From assembly GCA_963828965.1 (NCBI GenBank), contig CAWHGL010000004.1, positions 140,533-204,532 on the forward strand: a stretch of DNA of 64,000 nucleotides, in the 5' to 3' direction. A program made the translations under genes and the position numbers. Positions 34,733 through 44,894 of the stretch are shown piece by piece. Each line of letters opens with the position of its first letter. The stretch's first letter is position 1. Below the pieces are notes generated by a model, which was given only the letters and a program-made list of their open reading frames with translations, did no database searches and had not been told where the DNA came from. Source of the stretch: an uncultured Chloroflexia bacterium (GTDB lineage: Bacteria > Chloroflexota > Limnocylindria > Limnocylindrales > CSP1-4).

Positions 34733-36064
34733 CTAGCCTTGGCGGGTCGGCACGCCGGCGGAACGAAAGAGTCGAACGATCTCCTCGACCGTCGCCGCGG
34801 TCTCGTCGCCGGCATCGTTGGCGATGACGAGCGCCGTCCCGTGAGCGTCGATCAAGGCGTCGGCCGCTTCCCGGAGGTCCTCGAGGGACGTCGGCTCCGG
34901 AGGAGAACCGGCCACGCTGACGGTGATCCCCCTTCGTCCGACGCCGACATCAAGCTGCGGGCCGGAACCCGAGCCGAACGGGCTGGCGCCCAGGGACGTC
35001 GCGCTGACTGCCGTGCCAGGGGCCGGCCCGAGCGCCTCCGCTCCGTCGCGACGGTCCCGGCGGCCGTCGGTGAGCCAGCTCCAACGGCGCGGCCTCGTCG
35101 GGCTCGAGTGCGACGCGCGCCGCGAGCGGGCGTCGCCACGAACGGCGTCGCCATGTCGACCAGGCGCTTCGGCCTCGCGTGCGATCGGTCCCGCCGTCAA
35201 CGCCGGCCCGCCGCCCGCCGCCGCCGCGGCCGCGAGGATCTCGCGGTTCCGGGCGCGAGCGCGTGACTGGATGCGGACCATGATCACCACGAGGACGATC
35301 GCCCCCGCCGACACCATGAGCGTCGTGATGATGTCGACGATGACCTGGATGTCGTACGCCTGTTGGACGCCGTCGATCGCCTCGGACAACGTCGCGGCGT
35401 TCGCCCCGATCGAGAGGATCCGCAGGTTCACCCACCATCCGACGACGAAGGACACGATCCAGCTGCCGACCAAGCCGACCCACGCGACGACGATCATGAA
35501 CAGGCCACCGGCCTTCGGGTCGAGGCGGTAGAGCGCCTCCTGGATGATCGGTGGGGTCTTGAACAGGTTCCAGATCGGGATGAGCGGGGTGACGAAGGCC
35601 CGGGTCGGCGTCGCGTCCGGCGTCCCGCCGCCGAGGGCCGGGATGTCGGCGATGACCCGGCTCAGCCACGCGGCGAAGAACAGCAGCGCGCCGATCGCGC
35701 ACACCGTGTGGGCGAGGGCCGGGATCACCGCGCCGGCTGAACGTCGGGCCAGCTCTCGTTCGTCGATGACCCCGGTCCCCAGGATGTCGGGGATCTGGTC
35801 ACGCAGATAGCGCAGGGCGCCGAGACTCTCGTTGAGCACGATGACCCCGAGCACGGCCACGGCGATGATGAACGCGCTGGCGACGACGAACCGCAGGAAC
35901 GAGCCGCGATACGGCACGACGGCCCGCGTCTGGACCGCGCGCTCGGTGCGCATGTCGGCGAGCTCACCGGTCGCCTGGGACTGCGGTCCCCCGCACTTGT
36001 AGCAACGGTCGTCGCGCTGGCGATTGATGGAGTGGCACGTCGAGCAGACCCAGATGTCGGTCAT
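34733..36064 (-). CDS. Zinc-ribbon + DUF4328-like membrane protein with C-terminal extension
   Basis: 443 aa. The N-terminal ribbon is WVCSTCHSINRQRDDRCYKCG, followed by 4-5 TM segments (FVTPLIPIWNLFKTPPIIQEALYRL ... WWVNLR). A Pro/Arg/Gly-rich linker then leads to a small C-terminal globular-looking segment. Confidence 0.65.
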   Translation of the reverse strand: MTDIWVCSTCHSINRQRDDRCYKCGGPQSQATGELADMRTERAVQTRAVVPYRGSFLRFVVASAFIIAVAVLGVIVLNESLGALRYLRDQIPDILGTGVIDERELARRSAGAVIPALAHTVCAIGALLFFAAWLSRVIADIPALGGGTPDATPTRAFVTPLIPIWNLFKTPPIIQEALYRLDPKAGGLFMIVVAWVGLVGSWIVSFVVGWWVNLRILSIGANAATLSEAIDGVQQAYDIQVIVDIITTLMVSAGAIVLVVIMVRIQSRARARNREILAAAAAAGGGPALTAGPIAREAEAPGRHGDAVRGDARSRRASHSSPTRPRRWSWLTDGRRDRRDGAEALGPAPGTAVSATSLGASPFGSGSGPQLDVGVGRRGITVSVAGSPPEPTSLEDLREAADALIDAHGTALVIANDAGDETAATVEEIVRLFRSAGVPTRQG

Positions 36065-36080
36065 GGCGGCCTTCCGGTGA

Positions 36081-37435
36081 TCAGTGCTCCGTGGTCCCCG
36101 TGAACGTCCAGCCCTCGAGGCGCAGGGCTGGCACCACGACCCCGCCGAGGAAGCCCTTGAGCGTCTTGCGCTCGCGGGCCACGGCGACCACGCCCGCCAT
36201 CGCGTCGACGTAGCTCTGGGTGAACCGAAGGTTCTTCACCGGCCCGACGATCCGGCCGCCCTCGACGAGGAACGTGCCGTCGCGGGTCATGCCGGTCACG
36301 ATCGCGAGCTTGGGGTGGACCGGGTTCGTGTAGTGGAAGCGGGTCACGAGCAGGCCGCGGTCCAGGCCGCCGATGAGCTCGTCACGGGAGGCGTCGCCCG
36401 CGCGTCATGACCATGTTGAGCGGGAACGGTCCCCACGGGTTCGGGGCGGGCAGGCCGTGGCCGGTGGAGACGACGCCATCGCGGGCCGCGGTCTGGGCAT
36501 CGTGGACGACGCCGCGGCAGACCCCGGCATCCAGCAGCGGGACGCGCTGCTTGGCGACGCCCTCGTAGTCGAAGGCCATCGGCAGGCCGGCCGGATCACG
36601 TCCGTCGTCGACGACCGACACGAGGTCGGAGCCGATCCGCTTGCCGATCTCGACGAAGCTGCGCTCCTCCTGGACGGCGAGGGCGGAGAAGCCGAGATAG
36701 CCGAGCATGTCGAGCAGGTCGACGACCGCGTACTCCTCGAGCACGACCGGGTAGTCGCCGGCATCGATGGCGACCGCGTCGGCGGTCGCGCGGGCCTTGT
36801 CGGCGGATTCGCGGCCGATGGCCGCGGCATCGATGGTCGTCGCGTCGACGGCCGCCTGCTCTGCGTAGCCCGTCCCGCCGCCCGGGCCCATCGACACCGT
36901 GAGCAGCTGCGCGACCGTCCGCGTGCCGCCGGCGCGGATGCCCTTCGAGTTCGCGACCGCGGTCGTCTCCGTGCCGTTCGAGAACGAGCCATACGCCGTG
37001 ACCCCGGCCGCGTCCGCGGCGGCGATGACGGCCCGCACGCCGTCGGCGCGCAGCTCGGGCGATGCGTCCGCGGTCGCCGGCGCATAGGCCGCGTCGACGG
37101 CCTCGACCGGCGTCGGCCCGGGCAGGCCCGGCCCAGTCGTCGAGCTCCTCGACCACGCGGGCGATGGCGGCCGCGTTCGCGGCGAGGCGGCGCAGCCCTT
37201 CCTCGTCGGTCCGACCGGACGACGCCACGCCGACGCGCTTGCCGACGACGAACCGCAGGTTCACGACGACGTTGGTCTCGGCCACGTTCTGGTGGATCTG
37301 GCTGTTGGCGAAGCGGGTCAGGCTGGCGTCCTCGGCCATGACCAGGGCCTCCGCCTCGCTCGCACCCTCGCGCTCCGCGTGGGCCAGGACCCGTTCGGCG
37401 AGGGCGAGCGCGTCGTGGGCGCGCTCGTCGTTCAT
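36081..37435 (-). pseudogene. pmbA: PmbA/TldE-family metalloprotease partner, two frame changes
   Basis: The gene is split across three frames. The first is MNDERAHDALALAERVLAHAEREGASEAEALVMAEDASLTRFANSQIHQNV...VVEELDDWAG (from 37435). The second is LPGPTPVEAVDAAYAPATADASPELRADGVRAVIAAADAAGV...GPFPLNMVMTRG (ORF 36382..37038 extended). The third is DASRDELIGGLDRGLLVTRFHYTNPV...LEGWTFTGTTEH (ORF 36081..36347 extended). The frame changes are near 37127 and 36397. Confidence 0.8.
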
Positions 37436-37442
37436 CGGGCGC

Positions 37443-38891
37443 CTACCACTTGCCGACCCCCACCTGGACGTCGCGGAAGCGGGCGCCGGGGACGGCGTGG
37501 CCGACGTGGCCGGTCTGGCCCGGCTCGCCCTTGCCGCAGTTGGGCGTGCCCAGCATCACGTAGCTGCGCTCGTCCCCGACCGCGTCGCACGAGCGCCAGA
37601 ACTCGTAGGTGATGCCGGTGTACGTCGGGTTCTTGAACAGCCGACCCTTCTTGCCGCCCTTGATCTCGTAGGCGACCTCGGTCGCGAACTGGAAGTTGAG
37701 CCGCCGGTCGTCGATCGACCAGCTGCGGTTCGACGAGAGATACAGGCCGTCGTCGGTGTCGGCGACGATCTCGTCGAGGCTCATCCCGGGGCGGGGGAGG
37801 AGGTTGATGTTGGTCATCCGGATGAGCGGGATGCGGTTCCAGCCGTCGGCTCGCATCGCTCCGCCGGACTGCCGCCCGATGCGCGGCGCGGTCTCGCGCG
37901 AGCTCAGGTAGCCCGTGAAGATGCCGTCCTGGACGAGCGGTACGGCCTGCGCCGCGACGCCCTCGTCGTCCCAGCCGAACGTGCCCATGCCGCCGGGCGC
38001 CGTCGCGTCGGCGACGATCGTGATGAGGTCGGAGCCGTAGCGGAAGCCCTCGTCGAGCTTGTCCGTGGTCAGGAAGCTCGTGCCCGCGTAGCTCGCCTCC
38101 GTGCCGAAGACCCGGTCGAGCTCGGTCGGGTGGCCGCACGACTCGTGGACCTGCAGGTACAGCTGGCTCGGGTCGAGCACGATCGTGAACCGACCGCTCG
38201 GGCACTGCGGCGCGCTCAGCAGGGCGACGGCTTCGTCGGCGAGCGGCTCGGCATGGTCCGCGAGGCGCAGGCCGCGGATGTACTCGTAGCCCGCCGCGTT
38301 CCAGCCCCCGCCGCTGTCCGGGTAGCTCCGGCGCTGGTGCTCGTCGCCGTCGATGGCGTTGGCTTCGACCGCCGAGCCCACGTGGGTGATGGTCTGCTCG
38401 GTCGCCGAGCCGTCGGTCGCGGCGAACAGCTTCCACTCGCGCTGCGCGGCGTACATCGACTCGGTGAAGGCGATGCCCTTCACCCGCGTCGCGGCCTCGT
38501 CGGCGGCCAGCAGGTCGGCGATCTTGCGCTCGAGCGGGACCTCGAACGGGTCCTCCTCGATCGGCGTGACGTAGGTCCCGTGGGCGGGCGGGCGGTCGTC
38601 GAGGACCGTCGGTTCGCGCAGCGCGGTGCCGCTCGCCCGGGCGATGCGGACCGCCTCGGCCGCGACGCGGTCGGCTTCCTCGGTGGTCAGGATGTGGCTG
38701 CTGGCGAAGCCCCACGCCCCGTCGACGAGGACGCGGACCCCGAAGCCCTCGCTCTCGCCCGAGGCGACACCTTCGACCCGGCCGGTCTTGATGGCGATCG
38801 ATTCGTCGAGCCGGCGGACGACCCGCGCGTCGGCATATCCGGCGCCCAGGAGCGTGGCAGTGTCGAGGGCGCGGTCGGCTAGGTCTCGCAT
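37443..38891 (-). CDS. tldD: TldD-family metalloprotease
   Basis: 482 aa. It has the HESCGH (HExxxH) motif and typical TldD N- and C-terminal sequence (GFGVRVLVDGAWGFASS ... NCGKGEPGQ). It is adjacent to pmbA. Confidence 0.9.
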   Translation of the reverse strand: MRDLADRALDTATLLGAGYADARVVRRLDESIAIKTGRVEGVASGESEGFGVRVLVDGAWGFASSHILTTEEADRVAAEAVRIARASGTALREPTVLDDRPPAHGTYVTPIEEDPFEVPLERKIADLLAADEAATRVKGIAFTESMYAAQREWKLFAATDGSATEQTITHVGSAVEANAIDGDEHQRRSYPDSGGGWNAAGYEYIRGLRLADHAEPLADEAVALLSAPQCPSGRFTIVLDPSQLYLQVHESCGHPTELDRVFGTEASYAGTSFLTTDKLDEGFRYGSDLITIVADATAPGGMGTFGWDDEGVAAQAVPLVQDGIFTGYLSSRETAPRIGRQSGGAMRADGWNRIPLIRMTNINLLPRPGMSLDEIVADTDDGLYLSSNRSWSIDDRRLNFQFATEVAYEIKGGKKGRLFKNPTYTGITYEFWRSCDAVGDERSYVMLGTPNCGKGEPGQTGHVGHAVPGARFRDVQVGVGKW

Positions 38892-38978
38892 GCGGCGGTC
38901 AATCTAGCGCATCACCGAGGCCGCGGTCAGTCGGGCGACCGCCCTATCGCGACGGGTCCTCGGTTCGCCCGGCCCGTG

Positions 38979-40670
38979 TCAGAGCGTCGGGGCGCCGCCG
39001 ACGGCCTGCGCCGTCAGATAGATCCCGAAGCCGAACACGAGGACGGCGGCCACGAGCGGGATGAGCTCGCGGGCGCGACCCAGCCCGGCGCCGGCCGGCA
39101 GTCGGTCGACGTGGTCGCGAGCGAACACCATCGCCAGGCCGATGCCGGCCATGACCGCGGCCATCCCGACCCCGAAGGCGACGACCAGCACGAAGCCGTA
39201 GGCCGGGCGGCCCGCGGCGATCGAGCCCAGCAGGATGAGCAAGGCGCTGGTCGAGGGGATCAGGCCGCCCGCCAGCCCGAGGACGAACAGGCTGCGCCAG
39301 CTGATGGACGTCCCCGCCGGCGGCAGATGGCTGTGGCGCATGCCGCCGTGGGTGTGCGTGCCGTCGGGCGCCGGGTCGGCCTGCTCGTGCGCGTGTTCGT
39401 GCTCGTGCGGGTGTTCGTGGTCGTGCGCGGCGCCGTGGTCATGATCATGTGCCTGCTCGTGGTCGTGGGCGTGCGCCGCGGCCGATGCGGACCGTCGACG
39501 CCGCCACTCACCGAAGAGCATCCACGCGCCGATCCCGAGGATCGAGATGGCGGCGACGACCGGGGCGGCCCGGACGACGAGATCGGGCGGCAGGACGTCC
39601 GCGGCCCCGATCACGATGGCGGCCAGCACGAGGATCCCGACGGTGTGCGAGATGCTGACCGACAGGCCGAGGCCGAGCGCATGCATCGGCCGCCCGCGGG
39701 TGCCGACGAGGTAGGCGGCCATCAGCGTCTTGCCGTGGCCGGGGGTGAGGGCGTGGCCGGCCCCGAGCGCCGCCGCCGTCACCAGCGACAGGAGCAGGAC
39801 GACCGGCGTCAGGTCGGCGGTCCGGAAGATCGAAGGCAGCTCGGCACCGCTCCCACCCGGGACCGCGCCCGTCGCCGGCGAGGCGGCCGCGGCTGGTGCC
39901 GGCTGCGCGGTGGCGACCGCCGCCGGCGCCATGGACGGCGCCGCGACCGCGGCACCCCCGGAGGCGACCGGCGCGGGCACGACCGCGTCGACGGGCGTGG
40001 CATCCGGCAGGTCCCAGGCCGCGAGCGTCGGGCCACCGGCGGTCGCCGCGAACGTCACGGACGCATCGTCGAGCGGCTTGGGGACGAGGTCGGCCGGGTA
40101 GCTGGTCAGGCGCTGCGACGTGTCGGTCGCCCGCGCGCTGCCGTCGGTCACGGATGCGGTGGCCCCGGAGCCCGTCACGACGATCTCGCGCCAGCCCAGG
40201 CGGTCCGGGAACGAGCTGTCGGCGAAGGCGATGGTGGTCGCGGCGGACGCATCGAGCGGGGCCGGCAACGCCGCGGAGAAGCCGCACACGAGGCGCAGCG
40301 TCGAGAGCCCGCTCGACCCGAGCGGGAAGTCGAGCCCGGCTTCGACCAGGCGGAGCTCGAGCGGTGCCGCGTCGGCGGACAGCGCGAGTTGCCCCGCGAG
40401 GTCGGTGCAGGCGGCGACGCGTCCGGCGTCGGTCTCCTCGTCGGAGACGGAGCCGTCCTCGTCGGTGTCGAAGTCGAGGCGCGACTGGAAGGCCGGGATC
40501 TCGGCCTCGTCGATGACGACATCGAGGAGCACCCGGGCGGGCTCGACGCGCAGGCCGGCGTAGTGATTGATCGTGAAGTTGCCGAGCGGATGGGCTAACA
40601 CCACCGCCGGGACGAGGGCGACGAGGACGGTGGCCGCGGCCGCGATCCGAGCGAGGCGCCCGGGCGTCAT
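38979..40670 (-). CDS. NicO/RcnA-family nickel/cobalt transporter fused to an N-terminal extracytoplasmic domain
   Basis: 563 aa. A signal peptide is followed by HPLGNFTINHY and a roughly 270-aa extracytoplasmic region. The transporter core has GAGHALTPGHGKTLMAAYLVG and a His-rich loop, HAHDHEQAHDHDHGAAHDHEHPHEHEHAHEQ. Confidence 0.75.
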   Translation of the reverse strand: MTPGRLARIAAAATVLVALVPAVVLAHPLGNFTINHYAGLRVEPARVLLDVVIDEAEIPAFQSRLDFDTDEDGSVSDEETDAGRVAACTDLAGQLALSADAAPLELRLVEAGLDFPLGSSGLSTLRLVCGFSAALPAPLDASAATTIAFADSSFPDRLGWREIVVTGSGATASVTDGSARATDTSQRLTSYPADLVPKPLDDASVTFAATAGGPTLAAWDLPDATPVDAVVPAPVASGGAAVAAPSMAPAAVATAQPAPAAAASPATGAVPGGSGAELPSIFRTADLTPVVLLLSLVTAAALGAGHALTPGHGKTLMAAYLVGTRGRPMHALGLGLSVSISHTVGILVLAAIVIGAADVLPPDLVVRAAPVVAAISILGIGAWMLFGEWRRRRSASAAAHAHDHEQAHDHDHGAAHDHEHPHEHEHAHEQADPAPDGTHTHGGMRHSHLPPAGTSISWRSLFVLGLAGGLIPSTSALLILLGSIAAGRPAYGFVLVVAFGVGMAAVMAGIGLAMVFARDHVDRLPAGAGLGRARELIPLVAAVLVFGFGIYLTAQAVGGAPTL

Positions 40671-42148
40671 CGGAGCGTCGCCAGGGTGGCCCGGGCGCGC
40701 GCCACGGACACCGGATCGAAGGTCGGGTCAAGGGCCAGCGAGTCCTCGAGCAGACCGCGGGCCCGCGTCGGGTCGCCCACCGCGGCGGCGGCCATCCCGG
40801 CGTGGTAGAGCACCTTCGCGTCGCGGGTGCCGACGGCCAGCGCCGTGGTGAGGGCCGCGTCGGCTTCGGGCGCGCGTCCGTTGGCCAGGTAGGCCCAGCC
40901 GAGCGCGTCGTAGCCGTAGACGTCCTTGCGAACCGTGATCTCCTCTTCTGCGAGGCGGAGCGCCTTCGGCGCGTCGATGCCGGTCGTCGCCAGGTACAGC
41001 GACAGGGTCCGATCGTAGACGCCCGCCGCCTCACCGGACAGCTGGGCGATGGCCAGGATGGTCGCACGGTCGTCCCGGGCGCGCCGTTCGTCGCCCGTCG
41101 CGGCCCGCAGGTCGTACAGGTCGGCACGCCGCGCGAGCAGCTCGGGAAGGGGCACTGCCGCCACGGCCACGTCGAGGTCCGCGATGGCGGCATCCAGCCG
41201 GCCGTCGGCGGCGGCCAGGCGGGCGCGACCACCGAGCGCCAGGGGCAGGTGCGGATCGGCGGCCAGCGCGTCGTCGAACGCCCCGGAGGCCCCCGCCCGG
41301 TCGCCGGTGGCGAGCAGCATCTCGCCGAGCTGGTAGTGGTACCAGGCGAGCGCGCTGCCGAGCGCCCCCTCGTCGAGGGCGGCGGTGACGGCAGCGTGAG
41401 CCGCCCGGATCGCATCCTTCGTGCGGCCCTCGATGAAGGCGAGCCGCCCCAGGCGGACCTTGGCCGCGGCCGAATCGGCCACCGCGTCGAGGTGGCGGTA
41501 CGACTGGCGGGCCGTCGCGAGGTCGCCCAGCTCCAGGCTCGAATCGCCGAGCGTGGCGAGGGCGACCGGATCGTCCGGGGCGTCGGCGAGGACCGCCTGG
41601 GCGTGATCGCGCGCGGCCGGGAAGCGGTGAAGCGCCACGAGGATCGAGCCACGCAGGCCCTGGGCCGCGGCGGCATCGGGGTTCGCCGCGAGCGCCTGGT
41701 CGACCGCGTGGTCGGCGGCGACATAGGCCGAGATGTCGCCGGTGGCGCGGGCGAGCTCGATGGACGAGCCGGCCAGCCGGGTCGCGCTGACGAAGTCGCG
41801 CGGGTTGTCGGCGAGGCGATCGCCCCAGAACGTGACGTTGGCGCGGATCCGGGCGAGCTCGTCATCGCCGCCAGCGGCGGCCGGCGGGGCCAGCGGATCG
41901 GTCAGGCCGGCGCCGCCCGCGCCGCCAGCACCGGTCGTTCCGGTGTCGGATCCCGCCACCGGGTCGTCGTCGGGGACGACCGCGGCCATCGGAGTGGTCG
42001 CGAGACCGGCAGGATCGCCGGTCGCCTCAGGGCCTTGCGGCACGATAGCTCCGACGAGGCGGGGGACGAGGACGACGGCGAGGGTGAGGCCGAGGACGGC
42101 GAGCGGGATCCTCGGAAGAGCGGCGGTCCGGCGCAGCAGGGTGGTCAT
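40667..42148 (-). CDS. TPR-repeat protein with N-terminal membrane anchor/signal
   Basis: Lies in ORF 40667..42238, from MTTLLRRTAALPRIPLAVLGLTLAVVLV. It contains many Ala/Leu-rich TPR-like repeats (e.g. ALGWAYLANGRAPEADAALTTALAVGTRDAKVLYHAGMAAAAVGDPTRARGLLEDSLALDP). ATGA overlap with the transporter gene. Confidence 0.7.
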   Translation of the reverse strand: MTTLLRRTAALPRIPLAVLGLTLAVVLVPRLVGAIVPQGPEATGDPAGLATTPMAAVVPDDDPVAGSDTGTTGAGGAGGAGLTDPLAPPAAAGGDDELARIRANVTFWGDRLADNPRDFVSATRLAGSSIELARATGDISAYVAADHAVDQALAANPDAAAAQGLRGSILVALHRFPAARDHAQAVLADAPDDPVALATLGDSSLELGDLATARQSYRHLDAVADSAAAKVRLGRLAFIEGRTKDAIRAAHAAVTAALDEGALGSALAWYHYQLGEMLLATGDRAGASGAFDDALAADPHLPLALGGRARLAAADGRLDAAIADLDVAVAAVPLPELLARRADLYDLRAATGDERRARDDRATILAIAQLSGEAAGVYDRTLSLYLATTGIDAPKALRLAEEEITVRKDVYGYDALGWAYLANGRAPEADAALTTALAVGTRDAKVLYHAGMAAAAVGDPTRARGLLEDSLALDPTFDPVSVARARATLATLR

Positions 42149-42248
42149 CGGAGGTACGCGTCCAGCTTCTTTGGGGAGGGGAGGTCGGTCGGATGGAGTC
42201 AGCCCGGGCCGGCGGCGAACCGCCGACCCGAGTGACAACTGGCCAGGC

Positions 42249-43392
42249 TCAGTGCGCCTTGGCGGTGTAGGGGAAGGTGGACAGGAACGCGCGGTCGTTG
42301 TGGTCGACGCCGTCGCTCGTGACCGCTCCGTTGGTGAGCAGGCTGAACTCGGCGTTGATCACGTCGTCGGAGAGCTTCCGGCCGTTGAGGAACCCGGCGG
42401 CGTCGCCGAGCTTGACCGTCAACGTGTCGGGCAGCAGGACCTTGGCGATGCCCTTGATCTGGGCATCGGTGTAGGAGGCAGCTCCGTTGACTTCGAGGAC
42501 GTGGTCGATGGCCTTGAGGACCCCTACGGTGTTCTCCATGTCGACGGCGCGGTCGTCGGACGGGCGCAGCCGGTTGGCAGGCTTCCTTCTCAGCGTGCGT
42601 GTTGTTGAACACCGTGTTGATCGCCGGGCGACCGATGCGGTCGACCTGCTCATACGCGCCCGTGGCGAGCCGGCGGGACACGGTGGCGAACACGCCGACG
42701 GTCTTGCCGGTGCCGCCGAGCTTGCTGTTCGGGAGCTCCAGCGCGATCGAGGTCACGTTCGTGCCCTTGAAGGTGTCCTTGCCGGTGAAGCCACCGAGCA
42801 GGACGCCCAGGTCGGTCGAACCGCCGACGAGCTGGTGCTTGAACTCGACGAAGCCCGGGAGATCGAAGAAGAACGGGTCGTCGCGGGGTCCGACGAACGA
42901 CTTGCCGCCGCCCGAGATGGACGAGACGCGGGTCGCTCCGCCGTAGGCCGAGGTCCGGCCGGTGTCGACGATTGCGCCGTTCCAGCGATTGGCACGGGCA
43001 TCGGCGCCGGTGGCACGCTTGATCGTGTAGTCCTGGACGATCGCGCCGTTGCTCGCCTTGCGCGTGTTGAAGAAGCGGACGCGATAAGCGATGTCCGCCC
43101 ACGCATCGCCGTTGGTGTCGATCTTGAACTCGTAGAGCGTGCTCTCGCGCAGACGGGCCGTCTTGGTGTCGGCCGGGCTGGTGAGCGGATTGACGTTCAG
43201 GACGAGCGTCGTACCGCCACCCGACTTGAAGGCGTACAGGTCGGTGATGTCGATGCGCGAGTCCGACTTCGCGGTCGGGGCATCGAGATGGTCGGCTGCG
43301 CTGACGAGCAGCGAGCCCGTGCCGATGGTCGCGAGCGCGGCCGCAGCGGCAAGGAGTCCGAGGCCGGAGGCAGTCCGGCGGTAGCGGGACAT
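42249..43392 (-). pseudogene. Secreted DUF4331-like protein, one frame change
   Basis: From MSRYRRTASGLGLLAAAAALA (signal peptide). It has ADHLDAP, DITDLYAF, DDPFFFDLPGF and DRIGRPAINTVFNN in the frame of ORF 42199..43479. After ...HAEKEA it continues in ORF 42249..42653 (ANRLRPSDDRAVDMENTVG...FLNGRKLSDDVIN...FPYTAKAH). The frame change is near 42578. Confidence 0.7.
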
Positions 43393-43605
43393 GGGTTGGT
43401 GTGTCCTCCTGGGACGGCGTGCCGGCCGATGAGCCGGCTGGGCGTCGGGGGTGGCGTGGGCGGGTGCCGGTGGCGGCACCTCGAAAGCAGCTGGTCGGTC
43501 GTCGATCGTTCCCTCCTTTCCCCCGCTGACGGGGCCTTCGAGCCGCGAGGTGACCGGGGTACGCGATCGCCGGAGGGACGGATCACTCGGCTACACTCGG
43601 CCGCG

Positions 43606-44301
43606 ATGACAGGACCTGCGGATCCGGCCAAGCGCGGCTGGTTCATCACCATCGAAGGGCCCGAAGGCGGCGGCAAGACGACCCAGGCCGAGCGCCTGCG
43701 GGCGCACCTCGCGGCGACCGGCCGGCCGGTGCATCTCACCCGCGAGCCCGGCGGGACGTGGCTGGGCGAGCGGGTCCGCGACGTGCTGCTGGCCCGGACC
43801 GGCGACGCGGCCGGCGCGGCCACCGACCCGCTGACCGACGCCTTCCTGTTCAACGCCGCGCGTCGGCAGCTCGTCAGCGAGGTCATCCGTCCGGCCCTGG
43901 CGGCGGGCACGACGGTGCTGTGCGCGCGCTACGCCGACTCGACGCTGGCCTACCAGGGCTACGGGGCCGGCGTGCCGCTCGACCGGCTGCGCGCGCTCGC
44001 CGACGTCGCCACCGACGGCCTGACCCCGGACCTGACGATCGTCCTCGACCTGCCGGTCGAGGCCGGCCTGGCGCGCAAGGCGCCCGACGACGTGACCCGG
44101 TTCGAGGCCGAATACGACCTCGCCTTCCATCGACGGGTGCGCGACGGCTTCCTCGCGCTGGCCGTCCAGGAGCCCGGGCGATTCGTCGTCGTCGATGCGA
44201 CGCGTCCGATCGACGACGTCGCCAGCGCGGTGGTGACGGCGGTCGACACACGCTTGCCCGCCGATGAACCAGAATCGGTCGGGCTGCGCACCACCCGATG
44301 A
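43606..44301 (+). CDS. tmk: Thymidylate kinase
   Basis: Lies in ORF 42487..44301, from MTGPADPAKRGWFITIEGPEGGGKTTQ (P-loop). It also has REPGGT and the ARYADSTLAYQGYG motifs. Confidence 0.9.
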   Translation: MTGPADPAKRGWFITIEGPEGGGKTTQAERLRAHLAATGRPVHLTREPGGTWLGERVRDVLLARTGDAAGAATDPLTDAFLFNAARRQLVSEVIRPALAAGTTVLCARYADSTLAYQGYGAGVPLDRLRALADVATDGLTPDLTIVLDLPVEAGLARKAPDDVTRFEAEYDLAFHRRVRDGFLALAVQEPGRFVVVDATRPIDDVASAVVTAVDTRLPADEPESVGLRTTR

Positions 44302-44894
44302 GCGACCCTGACCGGCCGCTGCCGCTCCGCGTCGCGACCGTCGCCGACGACGCGGACCGGGCCGTGCTGGTCCGTGTCGCCGCCGGGGACCTCGATGCAC
44401 TCGAAGAGCTGTACGACCGATACAAGACGATGGCCTACTCGATCGCCTACCGCATCACCGCCGACGCGACCCTCGCCGAGGATGTCGTCCAGGACGCCTT
44501 CCTCGGTGCGTGGCGCAACGCTGCCCGCTACATCGAAGGCCGCGCCAGCGTGAAGACCTGGCTCCTGGCCATCGTCCATCACCGGGCCATCGATGCCATC
44601 CGTCGGCGCCGCCCGACCACGGAGCTGCCCGAGCAGGAGGCCGTCCCGCCGCCGCAGTTCCAGGTGCCCGATGTCTGGGCCGAGGTGTCGGCGAGCCTCG
44701 ATGCCGACACGGTGCGTGGCGCCCTCGACGTGCTGACCGACCCGCAGCGCGAGGCCATCGAGCTCGCCTACTTCGGCGGGCTGACCCAGCAGGAGATCGC
44801 CGACCGGACGGGCACCCCGCTCGGGACGATCAAGTCCCGGATGCGGCTGGGGCTGCTCGCCATGCGCCGGGCGCTCGAGGAGGGGTCGTCGTGA
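44298..44894 (+). CDS. ECF sigma factor (SigK-type, paired with an RskA-like anti-sigma)
   Basis: 198 aa. Sequence includes LEELYDRYKTMAYSIAYRITADATLAEDVVQDAFLGAWRNAARY...WLLAIVHHRAIDAIRRRR...REAIELAYFGGLTQQEIADRTGTPLGTIKSRMRLGL. Confidence 0.85.
   Translation: MSDPDRPLPLRVATVADDADRAVLVRVAAGDLDALEELYDRYKTMAYSIAYRITADATLAEDVVQDAFLGAWRNAARYIEGRASVKTWLLAIVHHRAIDAIRRRRPTTELPEQEAVPPPQFQVPDVWAEVSASLDADTVRGALDVLTDPQREAIELAYFGGLTQQEIADRTGTPLGTIKSRMRLGLLAMRRALEEGSS

Noticed and set aside
39330-39480. Short periodic DNA repeats (gtgctcgtg / gtggtcgtg units) that could suggest a repeat array or CRISPR
   Set aside because: They are the codon-level image of the His/Asp/Glu-rich loop of the NicO transporter (minus strand). 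There are no regularly spaced unique spacers and no cas genes.
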